DNA from: Syntrophorhabdus sp. PtaB.Bin047
GTDB lineage: Bacteria > Desulfobacterota > Syntrophorhabdia > Syntrophorhabdales > Syntrophorhabdaceae
NCBI GenBank assembly: GCA_002067235.1
Contig: MVQP01000006.1
Location: 70 to 64,069, forward strand
Length of the DNA stretch: 64,000 nucleotides
Direction: 5' to 3'
In this document: one piece after another, positions 8,578-18,565 of the stretch
Layout: each line of letters begins with the position of its first letter
Position numbering within the stretch: the first letter of the stretch is position 1
Program-made: the position numbers and the translations under genes
The notes under the pieces: model-generated
What the model was told of the DNA's origin: nothing
The model's input: the letters and a program-made list of their open reading frames with translations, nothing else
Database searches by the model: none

Positions 8578-9357
8578 ATGTTAGTTGCCGGGATAGATAT
8601 AGGTTCGATCACAACTGAAGCTCTGCTTCTCGATAAGGATAAGGGAATATTGGGTTATACCATCCTTCAGACAGGCGCGGATTCCAAGAAGACGGCTGAG
8701 ATGGCACTTGAGAAAGTGCTCGCCTATCCGGGCAAAAGCCCTTCAGATGTATCCTATATTGTAGCAACCGGCTGTGGCAGAAAAAGAGCGGCCTTTGCGA
8801 AGCAGGCGGTCACGGAGATCACATGCATAGCAAAAGGCGTCAACCATCTTTTTCCGCAGGCGAGAACGATCATTGACATCGGCGGCCAGGACACAAAGGT
8901 CATCAGGATAGATGAGAAGGGCCGCGTCGTTGAGTTTGAAATGAACGACAAATGCGCTGCCGGGACCGGGAGGTTCATCGAGGTCATGGCCAAGGCGCTC
9001 AACGTGGAACTCGACAGGATCGGTGATCTGTCGCTGAGGCACAAGAAGGAAGTCACCATCAGCAGTATCTGTACGGTTTTTGCCGAGTCGGAGGTCATAT
9101 CCCTCGTCAGCGAGGGCGAAGAGCTCGAAGATATCCTCTACGGTATCCATAAGGCCATCGCCGACAGGACGATGGGGCTCATCAACAGGCTCGGCGGCAT
9201 CCAGAACGATGTCATCATGGCGGGCGGTGTTGCGAAGAACATAGGCGTGGTAAAAGCCCTCGAGGCAGCACTCGGCACGCAGCTCAAGATCCATGTGGAG
9301 CCGCAGATCGTCGGGTCCCTGGGAGCCGCCATTATCGCGATGGAAAAATCAGCGTAG
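8578..9357 (+). CDS. BcrAD/BadFG-type ATPase (2-hydroxyacyl-CoA dehydratase / benzoyl-CoA reductase-type activase)
   Basis: 259 aa. 'GIDIGSITTEA', 'IIDIGGQDTKVI' and 'NDKCAAGTGRF' (cluster-bridging Cys region). Confidence 0.85.
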   Translation: MLVAGIDIGSITTEALLLDKDKGILGYTILQTGADSKKTAEMALEKVLAYPGKSPSDVSYIVATGCGRKRAAFAKQAVTEITCIAKGVNHLFPQARTIIDIGGQDTKVIRIDEKGRVVEFEMNDKCAAGTGRFIEVMAKALNVELDRIGDLSLRHKKEVTISSICTVFAESEVISLVSEGEELEDILYGIHKAIADRTMGLINRLGGIQNDVIMAGGVAKNIGVVKALEAALGTQLKIHVEPQIVGSLGAAIIAMEKSA

Positions 9358-9376
9358 CTGATAGACAAAGGATCAA

Positions 9377-9410
9377 GAAAAAGGCCAGCTGTTGCAAGCT
9401 GGCCTTTTTT
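9377..9410. terminator. bidirectional intrinsic terminator between convergent operons
   Basis: Stem GGCCAGC (9383-9389) pairs with GCTGGCC (9398-9404). It is flanked by an A-run (9377-9382) and a T-run (9405-9410). Confidence 0.65.
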
Positions 9411-9445
9411 GTTATCAGGAGCCGGCGCAGGGCAGGGTTTGTCGC

Positions 9446-11431
9446 CTAGGCGGCGACCTGGGCCTGCTGAGAGTGCTTGTCCTTCCGAAGCTTCTGCATG
9501 GCTATTACGATAAAGAGGCAGACAAAGCCTGCGATGTCTCCAAGCCTGTGGGGGTAGACAAATGCAAGGGCACCCACGACTATGATGACGCGTTCCAGAA
9601 TGGTCGATCTCTTGAGGAACCAACCAGCGCACCCCGAAGCAAGCATCCCGATCCCCAGGAATGCCGCTATGATGGTCCAGACGCCGGCCGCGATCCCGAC
9701 CCCCTCAAAGTGGAGCAGGATGGCCCTGCCCGAGGGAAGAACGGTAAAAACGAAGGGGAGAAGAAAGGCAGTGATGGCGTATTTCCAGGCCATGAAGGTG
9801 GTCTTGTAGGGGTCGCCGCCCGTGATGGCCGCTGCGGCGAAAGGAGAAAGCGCGGTCGGCGGGGACACCTCGGAGAGAAGGGCATAGTAGAAGATGAACA
9901 TGTGCGCCGCGTATTCCGGGACACCCAGCTGGGTAAAGGCCGGGGCCACGATGACGGCGGCAATGATGTACGTTGCCGTTATGGGGACAGCGAGACCGAT
10001 GACCCAGAGAAGGACGGCGGCAAATATGGCTGTCACGAGGAGGTTGCCGCCCGCATACCCGATGATGATGGTGGAGAGCTTAAGGCCAAGGCCGGTGAGG
10101 CTGACGACGCCGACGATTATGCCCGCTGCCGCGCATATGGCGGCAACGTTGAGCACGGTAATGGACCCTTCCCTTAATGCGGCGATGAGCATTTTGAGGG
10201 TGAACCTGGTTTCCTTGCGGATAAAGGATGCAAGGAAACAGGTTATGATGGCGGCGAGCACCGCGACCTGAGGCGTGAACCCCTTCACCAGGAAGGCCAC
10301 TATTGCAATGAGAGAGAAGAAGTGGAAACCGTAGAGTCTGGTGAGCTGCCAGAGGGTGTGCCTCTTGTCTATCTGGACCGCCTTAAGGCCGAATTTCTTT
10401 GCATCCAGTTCGACCATGATGAGGAGTCCCCAGTAATAAAGGGCTGCAGGAATGAGCGCAAGAAGGATGACATCAACGTAGCTGATCCTCAGGAATTCCG
10501 CTATGAGGAATGCCGCGGCTCCCATGACGGGAGGTGTCGTTATGGCACCCATGCCTCCGGCCGCGAGGAAACCTCCCGCGTTGCTCTTGTCATAGCCTGC
10601 TTTTTTGAGCATGGGGTAGGCGACGGAGCCTATGGCCACGGTGTTTGCCACTCCCGATCCGGACGCCATGGCCAGCAGGTACGACGTCGCGATGACAGAC
10701 CGCCCCGCAGCGGTCGGTTTTTTGCCCATCGCCGAGAAGGCGAAGTCCACGAAGAACTTCCCCGCTCCCGAGACCGCAAGGAACGCTCCAAATATGCAGA
10801 ACATGATGATGATGGTCGAAGAGACATCTATGGGAACGCCGAAGATCCCTTCCAACGTCATGTACATGTGTCCCACGATACGCTCTATGTCGTATCCCCG
10901 ATGTGTCCAGGGAGAGGGGAGCCACGGCCCGACATAGGCGTACGCGAGGAAGACGAGGCACGTGACCGGCATGATCCAGCCCGACGATCTGCGCGTTGCC
11001 TCGAGAATGAGCAGGATGAAGAGGATGCCGAAGACCATGTCCCAGCGTTCGGGTGTGACGGCGCGGTATATGAAATCCTCGAAGTCAAAGAGCATGTACC
11101 CGATACAGGCAAGTCCCAGTATTGACAGTGCGATGTCGAAAAAGGTTATCTTTCCCCTGAACTTTTTGGAGACCGGATAGTAGAGGAAGGAAAGGGCAAG
11201 AAGCAGGGCCACGTGAACACCCCTCAAGATCTGGGTGGTCACCGGGACGATCGTTGTATATATTGCAAAAAGGGACATGACGATGGCAAGGACCGTGATC
11301 AGGATGTCCCAGAAACCGGTTACCTTCCGGGTTATGCCTTCTTCCTGTTCGATGAGTTCTTCGATCTTCTTCTTCTGTTCTTCAGTGAGATCAGCAGGTG
11401 CAGTGGTGGGTTCTTTTTCGTTGTTTTCCAT
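9446..11431 (-). CDS. TRAP transporter fused permease (TAXI-type, DctQ/DctM fusion)
   Basis: Polytopic membrane protein. I place the start at ATG 11431 ('MENNEKEP') with GGAGG 6 nt upstream. The 55 codons further upstream in the tracked ORF are Arg/Cys/Trp-rich and unlikely to be coding. Confidence 0.85.
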   Translation of the reverse strand: MENNEKEPTTAPADLTEEQKKKIEELIEQEEGITRKVTGFWDILITVLAIVMSLFAIYTTIVPVTTQILRGVHVALLLALSFLYYPVSKKFRGKITFFDIALSILGLACIGYMLFDFEDFIYRAVTPERWDMVFGILFILLILEATRRSSGWIMPVTCLVFLAYAYVGPWLPSPWTHRGYDIERIVGHMYMTLEGIFGVPIDVSSTIIIMFCIFGAFLAVSGAGKFFVDFAFSAMGKKPTAAGRSVIATSYLLAMASGSGVANTVAIGSVAYPMLKKAGYDKSNAGGFLAAGGMGAITTPPVMGAAAFLIAEFLRISYVDVILLALIPAALYYWGLLIMVELDAKKFGLKAVQIDKRHTLWQLTRLYGFHFFSLIAIVAFLVKGFTPQVAVLAAIITCFLASFIRKETRFTLKMLIAALREGSITVLNVAAICAAAGIIVGVVSLTGLGLKLSTIIIGYAGGNLLVTAIFAAVLLWVIGLAVPITATYIIAAVIVAPAFTQLGVPEYAAHMFIFYYALLSEVSPPTALSPFAAAAITGGDPYKTTFMAWKYAITAFLLPFVFTVLPSGRAILLHFEGVGIAAGVWTIIAAFLGIGMLASGCAGWFLKRSTILERVIIVVGALAFVYPHRLGDIAGFVCLFIVIAMQKLRKDKHSQQAQVAA

Positions 11432-11588
11432 GAGCGCCTCCGAGCGTGCTTTCCAGGATGCTTTCCGAAGATCCTGTTCCTTATCACCTGATCGGCGTGC
11501 GCCGATCATTTGTGCTCGAGCACAGAAGCAGTTCAAACACCAGTCGTGCACCGTCCCGACGCGGGTGTGCCGGGCCGCACGTGTAGAG

Positions 11589-11622
11589 GGCCACAAGGAG
11601 GGAAGCTTCCCTCCTTGTGGCC
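11589..11622. repeat. perfect 34-nt palindrome (intercistronic hairpin between the SBP and permease genes)
   Basis: GGCCACAAGGAGGGAAG / CTTCCCTCCTTGTGGCC form 17+17 nt with no mismatch. It sits between the SBP stop (11633) and the permease start (11431). Confidence 0.85.
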
Positions 11623-11632
11623 GCGTTCCATT

Positions 11633-12646
11633 CTAGACCGGTACGTTGAATCCTTTTTCCTTGAAAAATTTCTGTGCGCCTGGGTGATAGGGTATGGATT
11701 GCGAAGATGCCCCGTCCTTCAGGCTTATGTGAAGCGCTTCCTTGTGAATTGCAGCCAGTTCCTTGAGGTGGTCGAATATACCTTTCATGATGTTGTAGGC
11801 GAGCTGGGTGTCCATGTCCTTGTGGCAGATGAGAATGTTCGCCACCGTCGATACGGGTGTGTCCTGGGTCATTCCGGTATAGATCTTTTTGGGAATGATG
11901 GACTTGTAATAGATTGGGCCGTACTTGGCGGTCATCTTGGGAATGAGATCATCGTGCCCTATGAGAGACATCTTAACCCCGGGAGATGCGGCAAGGTCAA
12001 GGACCGATGCGGTGGGAACGCCTCCCGACCAGACGTAGGCGTCTATCTTGCCGTCCTTGAGCGCTCCGGCCGATTCGGACGCGCCAAGTCTGTCCTTCTT
12101 TATGTCCTTCTCGTGGTTGATCCCGGCAGCTTCGAGAACACGCAGCGCTATGACTTCCGTTCCACTCCCCGGGGCACCCGTGGATACTCTCTTGCCCTTG
12201 AGGTCGGCAACTTTGGTTATCCCCTTGCCCTCAAGGGTGACGAGGTGTGTGAGATTGGGATACAGGACTGTGAGGACACGAACGGGAAGGGCGCGACCCT
12301 TGAAGATACCCGTTCCTTTGAAGGCGTCGTAGCCGGTGTCGCCCATAATGAGGGCCAGGTCGGATTTCTTTGCCCCTATGAGCTTGCAGTTATCAACGGA
12401 AGCGGCCGTCACTTCGGCGGCCGCCTCAACTCCCGCGTATTTTGTGAGGATACTGGCTATGCCCCCGCCGATGACGAAGTACACGCCCCCCATCCCTCCC
12501 GTAGCGATGGAGATCCTCTTTTTCGACTGTGCGAAGACCTTTCCTGCACCGCCGAGCAGCACGGCTCCGCCGACCGCCGAGGTCAGTTTGAGGAAGTCAC
12601 GTCTCTTGATTCCCGTTTTTCCATCCACGAATGCATCAAACTTCAT
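11633..12646 (-). CDS. TAXI-family TRAP transporter solute-binding protein
   Basis: Tat-like signal 'RRDFLKLTSAVGGAVLL' and 'ATGGMGGVYF' typical of TAXI SBPs. Start chosen at ATG 12646 ('MKFDAF') with AGGGGG upstream. Confidence 0.85.
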   Translation of the reverse strand: MKFDAFVDGKTGIKRRDFLKLTSAVGGAVLLGGAGKVFAQSKKRISIATGGMGGVYFVIGGGIASILTKYAGVEAAAEVTAASVDNCKLIGAKKSDLALIMGDTGYDAFKGTGIFKGRALPVRVLTVLYPNLTHLVTLEGKGITKVADLKGKRVSTGAPGSGTEVIALRVLEAAGINHEKDIKKDRLGASESAGALKDGKIDAYVWSGGVPTASVLDLAASPGVKMSLIGHDDLIPKMTAKYGPIYYKSIIPKKIYTGMTQDTPVSTVANILICHKDMDTQLAYNIMKGIFDHLKELAAIHKEALHISLKDGASSQSIPYHPGAQKFFKEKGFNVPV

Positions 12647-12784
12647 AATTACCCCCTTTCGTAGTGGTGATGATACTCCGGTCCGAAACTCACCCATCCA
12701 GATTGTAGCTTTGTTACATATTATTGTTTTGTCTGAGATATTGTCAATTCATTATTTCAAAAATGTCGCTATGTGAAAAAAAAT

Positions 12785-13573
12785 CTAGGAATGGGGAAGG
12801 AGAAGACCGGCCAACCTGGTGACATTCCCCGAAAGGATGAGCTCCTTGTCACGATGGCCGAGCGATAGTCCCGTGACCTTTGACAGTTCGCTCCTCATCG
12901 TGCCGAAGGGCACGTCGGAGCCGAAGAGAACGCGTTCGGGGCCTATGGTCCGGACGAATTCGAAGATCATGTCTTTCGAGCCGAGAGCCGTATCGAAGTA
13001 GACGTTGCTGTTGTTCTTGAAGGCCTTCAGGAAGTCCAGGGGGTAGCCGCCGAGGAGGCCCAGGTGGGGAATGATGAGCGTAACGTCGGGGAACATGTCC
13101 ACAAAGGACTTCGTGAACTTCAGTTCCTCTTCGAATACCACCGGCTTGCCCGTGTTCGCGATCTTCTCCACCAACCGCGGCAGCTCAGGGTCGTCGAGGA
13201 TGCTGTAGTTGGAAGCTGAGTCCTGCCAGCCCCGCATCCAATGCCATTTCCCGCCGTAGTAAGATCCGGGGATAGGATCGAACCCCTCAGTGTCGTAGTT
13301 CTCCCTGATGTAGTGATAAGGGAAGAAGCTGTCGATGCGCCGGGACTCATCGAGGATGCGGACATTGATCGCGTTGTTTTCAATTGCCGTCGAAGGGAAG
13401 GGTATGATAATAACGTAATCGACACCTGATTCCTTTTGCTGGCTGAGGAGCTGACCGGTGGTAACGTCGATGCCCATGGAGGAGGAAGGGCCCCAGTGCG
13501 AGTGGCTGTCGATTATGAGATCGAAGTCCATGCGTGATTGATGATTACCACATGGGGTGGTCTTTGTAAACAT
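12785..13573 (-). CDS. amidohydrolase-family metal-dependent hydrolase (TIM barrel)
   Basis: 262 aa with N-terminal 'IDSHSHWG' HxH metal motif. Confidence 0.65.
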   Translation of the reverse strand: MFTKTTPCGNHQSRMDFDLIIDSHSHWGPSSSMGIDVTTGQLLSQQKESGVDYVIIIPFPSTAIENNAINVRILDESRRIDSFFPYHYIRENYDTEGFDPIPGSYYGGKWHWMRGWQDSASNYSILDDPELPRLVEKIANTGKPVVFEEELKFTKSFVDMFPDVTLIIPHLGLLGGYPLDFLKAFKNNSNVYFDTALGSKDMIFEFVRTIGPERVLFGSDVPFGTMRSELSKVTGLSLGHRDKELILSGNVTRLAGLLLPHS

Positions 13574-13600
13574 CTATCGCGGAAGGTGAGGTGGGGGAGG

Positions 13601-14032
13601 ATGCCTGTGGCGCATACACTGGAGACACCGCTTTTGACCGTGGATATCATCATACGGTTCCGGGGCGGGATCGTTCTTATCGAACGAAAGAACCCGCCGC
13701 CGGGGTGGGCATTGCCGGGAGGATTCGTCGATGTTGGTGAGTCTGTGGAGCAAGCGGCGGTGAGAGAGGCCCGGGAAGAGACTTCCCTCGACGTCAGGCT
13801 TATCGAGCAGTTCCATGTCTATTCGAAGCCGGAGCGCGACCCGAGGTTCCACACGGTGTCCGTTGTCTTCATCGGGGAAGGGACAGGTACGCTGGAAGGC
13901 CGTGATGATGCGCGCAGGGCCGCCGTCTATACCTCCGCGGACCTGCCGGCGAGTATAGCCTTCGATCACGGAAGTATTGTGAGGGACTATTTCCGTTACC
14001 AGGAAACCGGTGTTCGGCCGGGCCTTGTCTAA
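13601..14032 (+). CDS. NUDIX hydrolase
   Basis: Nudix box '[24 protein letters not shown]'. The start is uncertain (ATG 13601, GTG 13586 or ATG 13538); the longest version would overlap the divergent gene. Confidence 0.85.
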   Translation: MPVAHTLETPLLTVDIIIRFRGGIVLIERKNPPPGWALPGGFVDVGESVEQAAVREAREETSLDVRLIEQFHVYSKPERDPRFHTVSVVFIGEGTGTLEGRDDARRAAVYTSADLPASIAFDHGSIVRDYFRYQETGVRPGLV

Positions 14033-14241
14033 ACAGAAGGCTTCCCTGAACCGGAGACCGAAGGACATGCGATGGCGTAGCCGGCGGCAGAACGGGTATC
14101 CTGGCATCGGGTTCTCGTGTCCGACAAGGCAGTATTCTGTTGCAAAGTGGCGTCCTCTGTAATAACCTTGTATATTCTGAGCGCGAATCGCTGGTCCCCT
14201 TATGCGAGGCAGCGATATTATTTTGTCGAACGGGAGGTTTC

Positions 14242-15912
14242 ATGAGGTCGGACAGAATGAAGAAAGGTCTGCAGAAGGCACCGCACAGGAGCCTTTTTGG
14301 AGCCATGGGATACCTGAAGGAGGAACTCGACAGGCCCATAATCGGCATTGCCAGTTCCGCCAACGAGGTGATTCCGGGGCACATACATCTCGGAAGAATA
14401 GCACAGGCCGTGAAAGATGGGATCAGGATGGCCGGCGGAACACCGATGGAGTTCTCGACGATAGGTGTCTGCGACGGCATCGCGATGAACCATGAGGGCA
14501 TGAAGTATTCTCTTGGGTCGCGCGAACTGATCTGTGATTCTGTCGAGGTCATGGCCAAGGCGTATCCCTTTGATGGACTCGTGTTGATCCCGAACTGCGA
14601 TAAGATAATCCCCGGAATGATGATGGCCGCCATGCGTCTCAACATCCCCAGTATAATGGTGAGCGGTGGTCCGATGCTGGCGGGCCGTTTCAAGGGGAAG
14701 CCGGTGGACCTCATATCCGTGTTCGAAAGTGTGGGAAAGGTCGCGGGCGGTCTCATGGACGCAAAGGAGCTCGCCATGCTTGAGGAGTGCGCCTGTCCCG
14801 GCGCGGGGTCGTGCAGCGGCATGTTCACGGCAAATTCAATGAATTGTCTGTCCGAGGCCCTGGGGATAGCTCTCAAGGGGAATGGTACGATACCCGCTGT
14901 TCACGCGGCGAGAATAAGGCTTGCCAAGGAAACGGGGATTGCCATCGTGGACCTCGTCAGGAAGGGGTTGAAACCGAGAGATATCATGACCCTCGATGCC
15001 TTCAGAAATGCCATTTCCGTGGACATGGCATTCGGAGGGTCATCGAACACGGCGTTGCATCTGCCCGCCATTGCGCACGAGGGAGGTCTTGATCTTCCCC
15101 TCACTCTTTTTGATACCATGTCGGAAAAGGTTCCGCATATCTGCAATATGAGCCCGGCGGGACCCCACCACCTGGAAGACCTCAACGAGGCGGGCGGTGT
15201 ATTCGCAATAATGAAAGAGCTGTCGCGCAGGAACCTCATCAGAAAGTCCTGCCTCACCGTATCGGGAAGGAAGATCTCCGATCTCCTCAAGGGTACAGAC
15301 GCGACGGACCGTGACGTGATCCGCACCATCGAGAACGCCTATCACGAGAAGGGCGGTCTTGCCGTTCTGACCGGTTCTCTCGCGCCCCAGGGGTCGATAG
15401 TGAAGCGGATCGGGGTGAGCGAGAGCATCTGGCATTTTGAAGGGAAGGCCCGGGTATTCGCAAGCGAGGAAGAGGCCGGCAAGGCCATCATGGAAGGCAG
15501 GATAGGGGCCGGCGACGCGGTCATCATCCGTTACGAAGGACCGAAGGGCGGACCGGGGATGAGGGAGATGCTGACGCCGACGAGTATTCTCGCGGGAAGA
15601 GGGCTCGATACGGTCTGCGCGCTGATCACCGACGGGCGGTTCTCGGGGGGCACCCGGGGGCTGTGTATCGGGCACGTTTCACCTGAGGCAGCCGAGGGCG
15701 GCCCTATCGCTCTCGTCAGGGATGGTGACATCGTCGAGATAGACCTCGTAAAGAAGACCATCGACCTCAAGGTTGGGACTAGCGAACTCGAGAAACGAAG
15801 AAAAGTCTGGAAGAAGCCGAAGCCGAAGATCACGGAAGGCTATATGGCCCGGTATGCCAGGATGGTCACGGGCGCTGCAGGTGGGGCCATTTTCAGAACC
15901 GATAACGATTAA
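14242..15912 (+). CDS. ilvD: dihydroxy-acid dehydratase
   Basis: '[18 protein letters not shown]' N-terminus, 'CDKIIPGM', '[15 protein letters not shown]'. GGGAGG lies upstream of ATG 14242. Confidence 0.92.
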   Translation: MRSDRMKKGLQKAPHRSLFGAMGYLKEELDRPIIGIASSANEVIPGHIHLGRIAQAVKDGIRMAGGTPMEFSTIGVCDGIAMNHEGMKYSLGSRELICDSVEVMAKAYPFDGLVLIPNCDKIIPGMMMAAMRLNIPSIMVSGGPMLAGRFKGKPVDLISVFESVGKVAGGLMDAKELAMLEECACPGAGSCSGMFTANSMNCLSEALGIALKGNGTIPAVHAARIRLAKETGIAIVDLVRKGLKPRDIMTLDAFRNAISVDMAFGGSSNTALHLPAIAHEGGLDLPLTLFDTMSEKVPHICNMSPAGPHHLEDLNEAGGVFAIMKELSRRNLIRKSCLTVSGRKISDLLKGTDATDRDVIRTIENAYHEKGGLAVLTGSLAPQGSIVKRIGVSESIWHFEGKARVFASEEEAGKAIMEGRIGAGDAVIIRYEGPKGGPGMREMLTPTSILAGRGLDTVCALITDGRFSGGTRGLCIGHVSPEAAEGGPIALVRDGDIVEIDLVKKTIDLKVGTSELEKRRKVWKKPKPKITEGYMARYARMVTGAAGGAIFRTDND

Positions 15913-15935
15913 GTACTACCGAAAGGTCTTGTATA

Positions 15936-16775
15936 GTGGATAAACGCAAGCTTGGCAGAACAGACGTCGAGGTGACGATAATGGGCCTTGGCGGGGAGGG
16001 GCTTCTTCGTTCCCATGGACGGGACAGAGAGGCGTACACTCTCATCAACAAGGCGTTGGACCTTGGCATCAATTATTTCGAATCAGCACGCGCCTACGAC
16101 GGCAGCGAGGAATATTATGGCAAGGCGCTCAGGGAGCGCAGGAAGGACATCTTCCTCGCAGGCAAGTCACACGCGAGAACAAAGGAGGGCGCTCTTGAAC
16201 ATCTTCACGAGACCCTGCGTAATCTGAAGACAGACCACCTGGACCTCTGGCAGGTACACGATGTCAGGACGATCGGGGACGTAGAAGAACTCTTCGCTGT
16301 CGGGGGCGCCATCGATGCCTTCGTGGAAGCGAGGGACAAAGGGCTGACACGGTTCATCGGTATCACCGGTCATCAAGACCCATCGGTGATCAGGGAGTGT
16401 ATCCATCGTTTCGATTTCGATACCATGCTTGTCCCCGTCAATCCCGCTGAGGCTTCACAGAAAAGTTTTCTTGAGGAGATACTGCCGCTGGCTGAAGAGC
16501 GGGGCGTGGGTATCATCGGCATGAAGATATATGTGCGGGGGTTCACATCAAAACTCACGTTCTACACGTCCATGGAGGCTTTCTTCCGCTACGCCCTTTC
16601 CCAGCCCATCGCCACCGCCATCATCGGTTGCGACAGCCTGGAACAGCTCGAACAGAACGTCTACTTTGCCCGTTCCTTCAAACCGATGGACTGGGAACAG
16701 CAGGACGGTTTCGTCGATGCGGTGGCGCCTTACGCCAGGGATCTTCTATATTACAGAGAAGAAACCAGGTCATAG
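15936..16775 (+). CDS. aldo/keto reductase
   Basis: 279 aa with GTG start. 'MGLGG', 'INYFESARAYDGSEE' and 'DLWQVHD' typical of the AKR fold. Confidence 0.85.
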   Translation: MDKRKLGRTDVEVTIMGLGGEGLLRSHGRDREAYTLINKALDLGINYFESARAYDGSEEYYGKALRERRKDIFLAGKSHARTKEGALEHLHETLRNLKTDHLDLWQVHDVRTIGDVEELFAVGGAIDAFVEARDKGLTRFIGITGHQDPSVIRECIHRFDFDTMLVPVNPAEASQKSFLEEILPLAEERGVGIIGMKIYVRGFTSKLTFYTSMEAFFRYALSQPIATAIIGCDSLEQLEQNVYFARSFKPMDWEQQDGFVDAVAPYARDLLYYREETRS

Positions 16776-16780
16776 CCAAT

Positions 16781-16826
16781 AGGTCATAGGTGAGGGGGAA
16801 AGGGCTTTTCCTATAACCCATGACCT
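16781..16826. repeat. GGTNATR-heptamer palindromic element (short copy), probable terminator
   Basis: AGGTCATAGGTGAGG...CCTATAACCCATGACCT, an imperfect inverted repeat between convergent stops at 16775 and 16857. Confidence 0.7.
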
Positions 16827-16856
16827 GTCACCCGGTTCTTTCCTTTCCCGTTCTCA

Positions 16857-18458
16857 TTACTTTTCTCTTCTCACCGGCTGTGCCACAAAATGGCGCACAA
16901 TGACAGATTCGCCTTTCTTCTGACAGGAGCGGACGACGTCGACGACCCCGCCGTCGGAGACCGTGAAGCGCTCCTGCTGGCGCATGTACTCCGCCCAGGA
17001 CTGGACTATGAAGGACTCGATGAAGCGATACTCTGACCCAGCTTGCCTGAAGAGGTTCCAACGGAAGGCGCCGTCGCGCATCCGTATCGTCTTCAGAGAG
17101 CTCATGGCGGCAAGGAAGGCGTTGAGATGGTCAGGGTCGATGGAGTATTCGGCAACGACGAGGATAGGGCCCCCGTGGATGTCGGGTTCCATTTCTCCGG
17201 GAAACTGGGGCCAGTGCTCGGATGGTGTGAGGTCCACCCCGTGCGGCTCCGACAGGGTCCTCCGGGAGGTAACGAGGAGTCCGGCCGCTGTCGCGAGGGA
17301 GGTGAAGACAAGGGTTTCGGTGATACCCATCCAGGATGCCAGGAATCCCCAGAGAGCGCTGCCGATGGCAAAGGGGCCGAAAAAGACGAGCATGAAAACG
17401 GACATGACGCGGCCCCTCACCCAGGAGGGGATGATGGAGAGGATGGCCGTGTTGTAGGTGGATATGAGGGCGAGCCAGGCGATGCCGCCTGCCAGAAGGG
17501 CGCCACCGGTGAGATAGAATGTGCCCGAAAAGGAAAGGACGCCTATTGCCGCGGCAAAGAGAAGGGTGGCGAGGTTGGCGAGGGGCTTGAATCTCAGCAG
17601 CTGCCCCGCGCGGGGAAGGAGAATGGCGCCCATCAGTCCCCCTATGCCGAAGAAGCACAGGAGCAGTCCGAAGCCCGAAGGCTTGAGGTCGAGACGGACA
17701 CGGGCTATGATGGGAAGGAAGGTCCACAATGAGCTCCCGAAAAAGGAAAAGACCCCCATGCGGATGAGCACCGTCTTGACCTGGGGCACGTTTCTCACGT
17801 AGCGGACCCCGGTTCTTATGGCGCCCGTGAAGCGTTCCGCCGGCAGGGTCTGTTCCTTGGGCCGGTATCTCCATGACAGGAGTGCGAGGATCACGCCCAT
17901 GAAAGACAGTGCGTTGACGAAGAAGACCGAGGCGGGACCGAGAAGGGCAAGAAGGAGGCCGCCCAGGACCGGTCCGGCGACGCGCGCGACGTTGAAGGCA
18001 ACCGAACCCAGGGTGACGGCCGATTGGAGATGCTCGCGCGAGACCAGTTCGGGGATGATCGATTGCCAGGTGGGGGCGTTAACGGCGGCGGCCACCCCGA
18101 GGGCGAAGGTGAGGACGAGTATCGTGACGGGAGTCACGACCCGGGCCAGCGTCAGGACAGCGAGGACCAGGGCCGCACAGAGCATGACGAGCTGCGCCGC
18201 GACCAGCAGTTTCCGCCTGTCGATTATGTCGGCAAGGGCGCCGGCGGGCAGGGCAAGGAGAAAGAAGGGGAGGGTCATGGAGGTTTGCAGCATGGCGACC
18301 ATGAAGGGAGAGACCGTCATCGACGTCATGAGCCACGCTGTGCCCGTTTCGTGCATCCACGAACCGACAAGGGACACCATATTGGCGGTCCACAGCGTGC
18401 GGAAGAAGGGTTCCTTCAGCGCGCTCCAGATGTTCCTCTGTTGGATGTTCTCTGCCAT
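16857..18458 (-). CDS. MFS transporter with an approx. 130-aa C-terminal soluble extension
   Basis: 533 aa. About 12 hydrophobic segments are followed by a hydrophilic tail: 'PILVVAEYSIDPDHLNAFLAAMSSLKTIRMRDGAF...'. Confidence 0.8.
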   Translation of the reverse strand: MAENIQQRNIWSALKEPFFRTLWTANMVSLVGSWMHETGTAWLMTSMTVSPFMVAMLQTSMTLPFFLLALPAGALADIIDRRKLLVAAQLVMLCAALVLAVLTLARVVTPVTILVLTFALGVAAAVNAPTWQSIIPELVSREHLQSAVTLGSVAFNVARVAGPVLGGLLLALLGPASVFFVNALSFMGVILALLSWRYRPKEQTLPAERFTGAIRTGVRYVRNVPQVKTVLIRMGVFSFFGSSLWTFLPIIARVRLDLKPSGFGLLLCFFGIGGLMGAILLPRAGQLLRFKPLANLATLLFAAAIGVLSFSGTFYLTGGALLAGGIAWLALISTYNTAILSIIPSWVRGRVMSVFMLVFFGPFAIGSALWGFLASWMGITETLVFTSLATAAGLLVTSRRTLSEPHGVDLTPSEHWPQFPGEMEPDIHGGPILVVAEYSIDPDHLNAFLAAMSSLKTIRMRDGAFRWNLFRQAGSEYRFIESFIVQSWAEYMRQQERFTVSDGGVVDVVRSCQKKGESVIVRHFVAQPVRREK

Positions 18459-18565
18459 GAGATGGGCCGGGCGTTATCGGGAAGGGTGGACTGTTTCCTG
18501 AAGACGGTTCTTTCCCTTCCAGTATTTCAACACATACACGATCCCCGGTTCCGTGCCATTCTCCC

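Noticed and set aside
11510-12664. 384-aa plus-strand ORF opposite the TAXI solute-binding protein gene
   Set aside because: The minus-strand frame carries a Tat signal and TAXI motifs. The plus-strand ORF has no recognisable features.
13869-14876. 335-aa minus-strand ORF overlapping ilvD and the NUDIX gene
   Set aside because: It is antisense to the unmistakable ilvD frame and has a Pro/Ser/Arg-rich composition.
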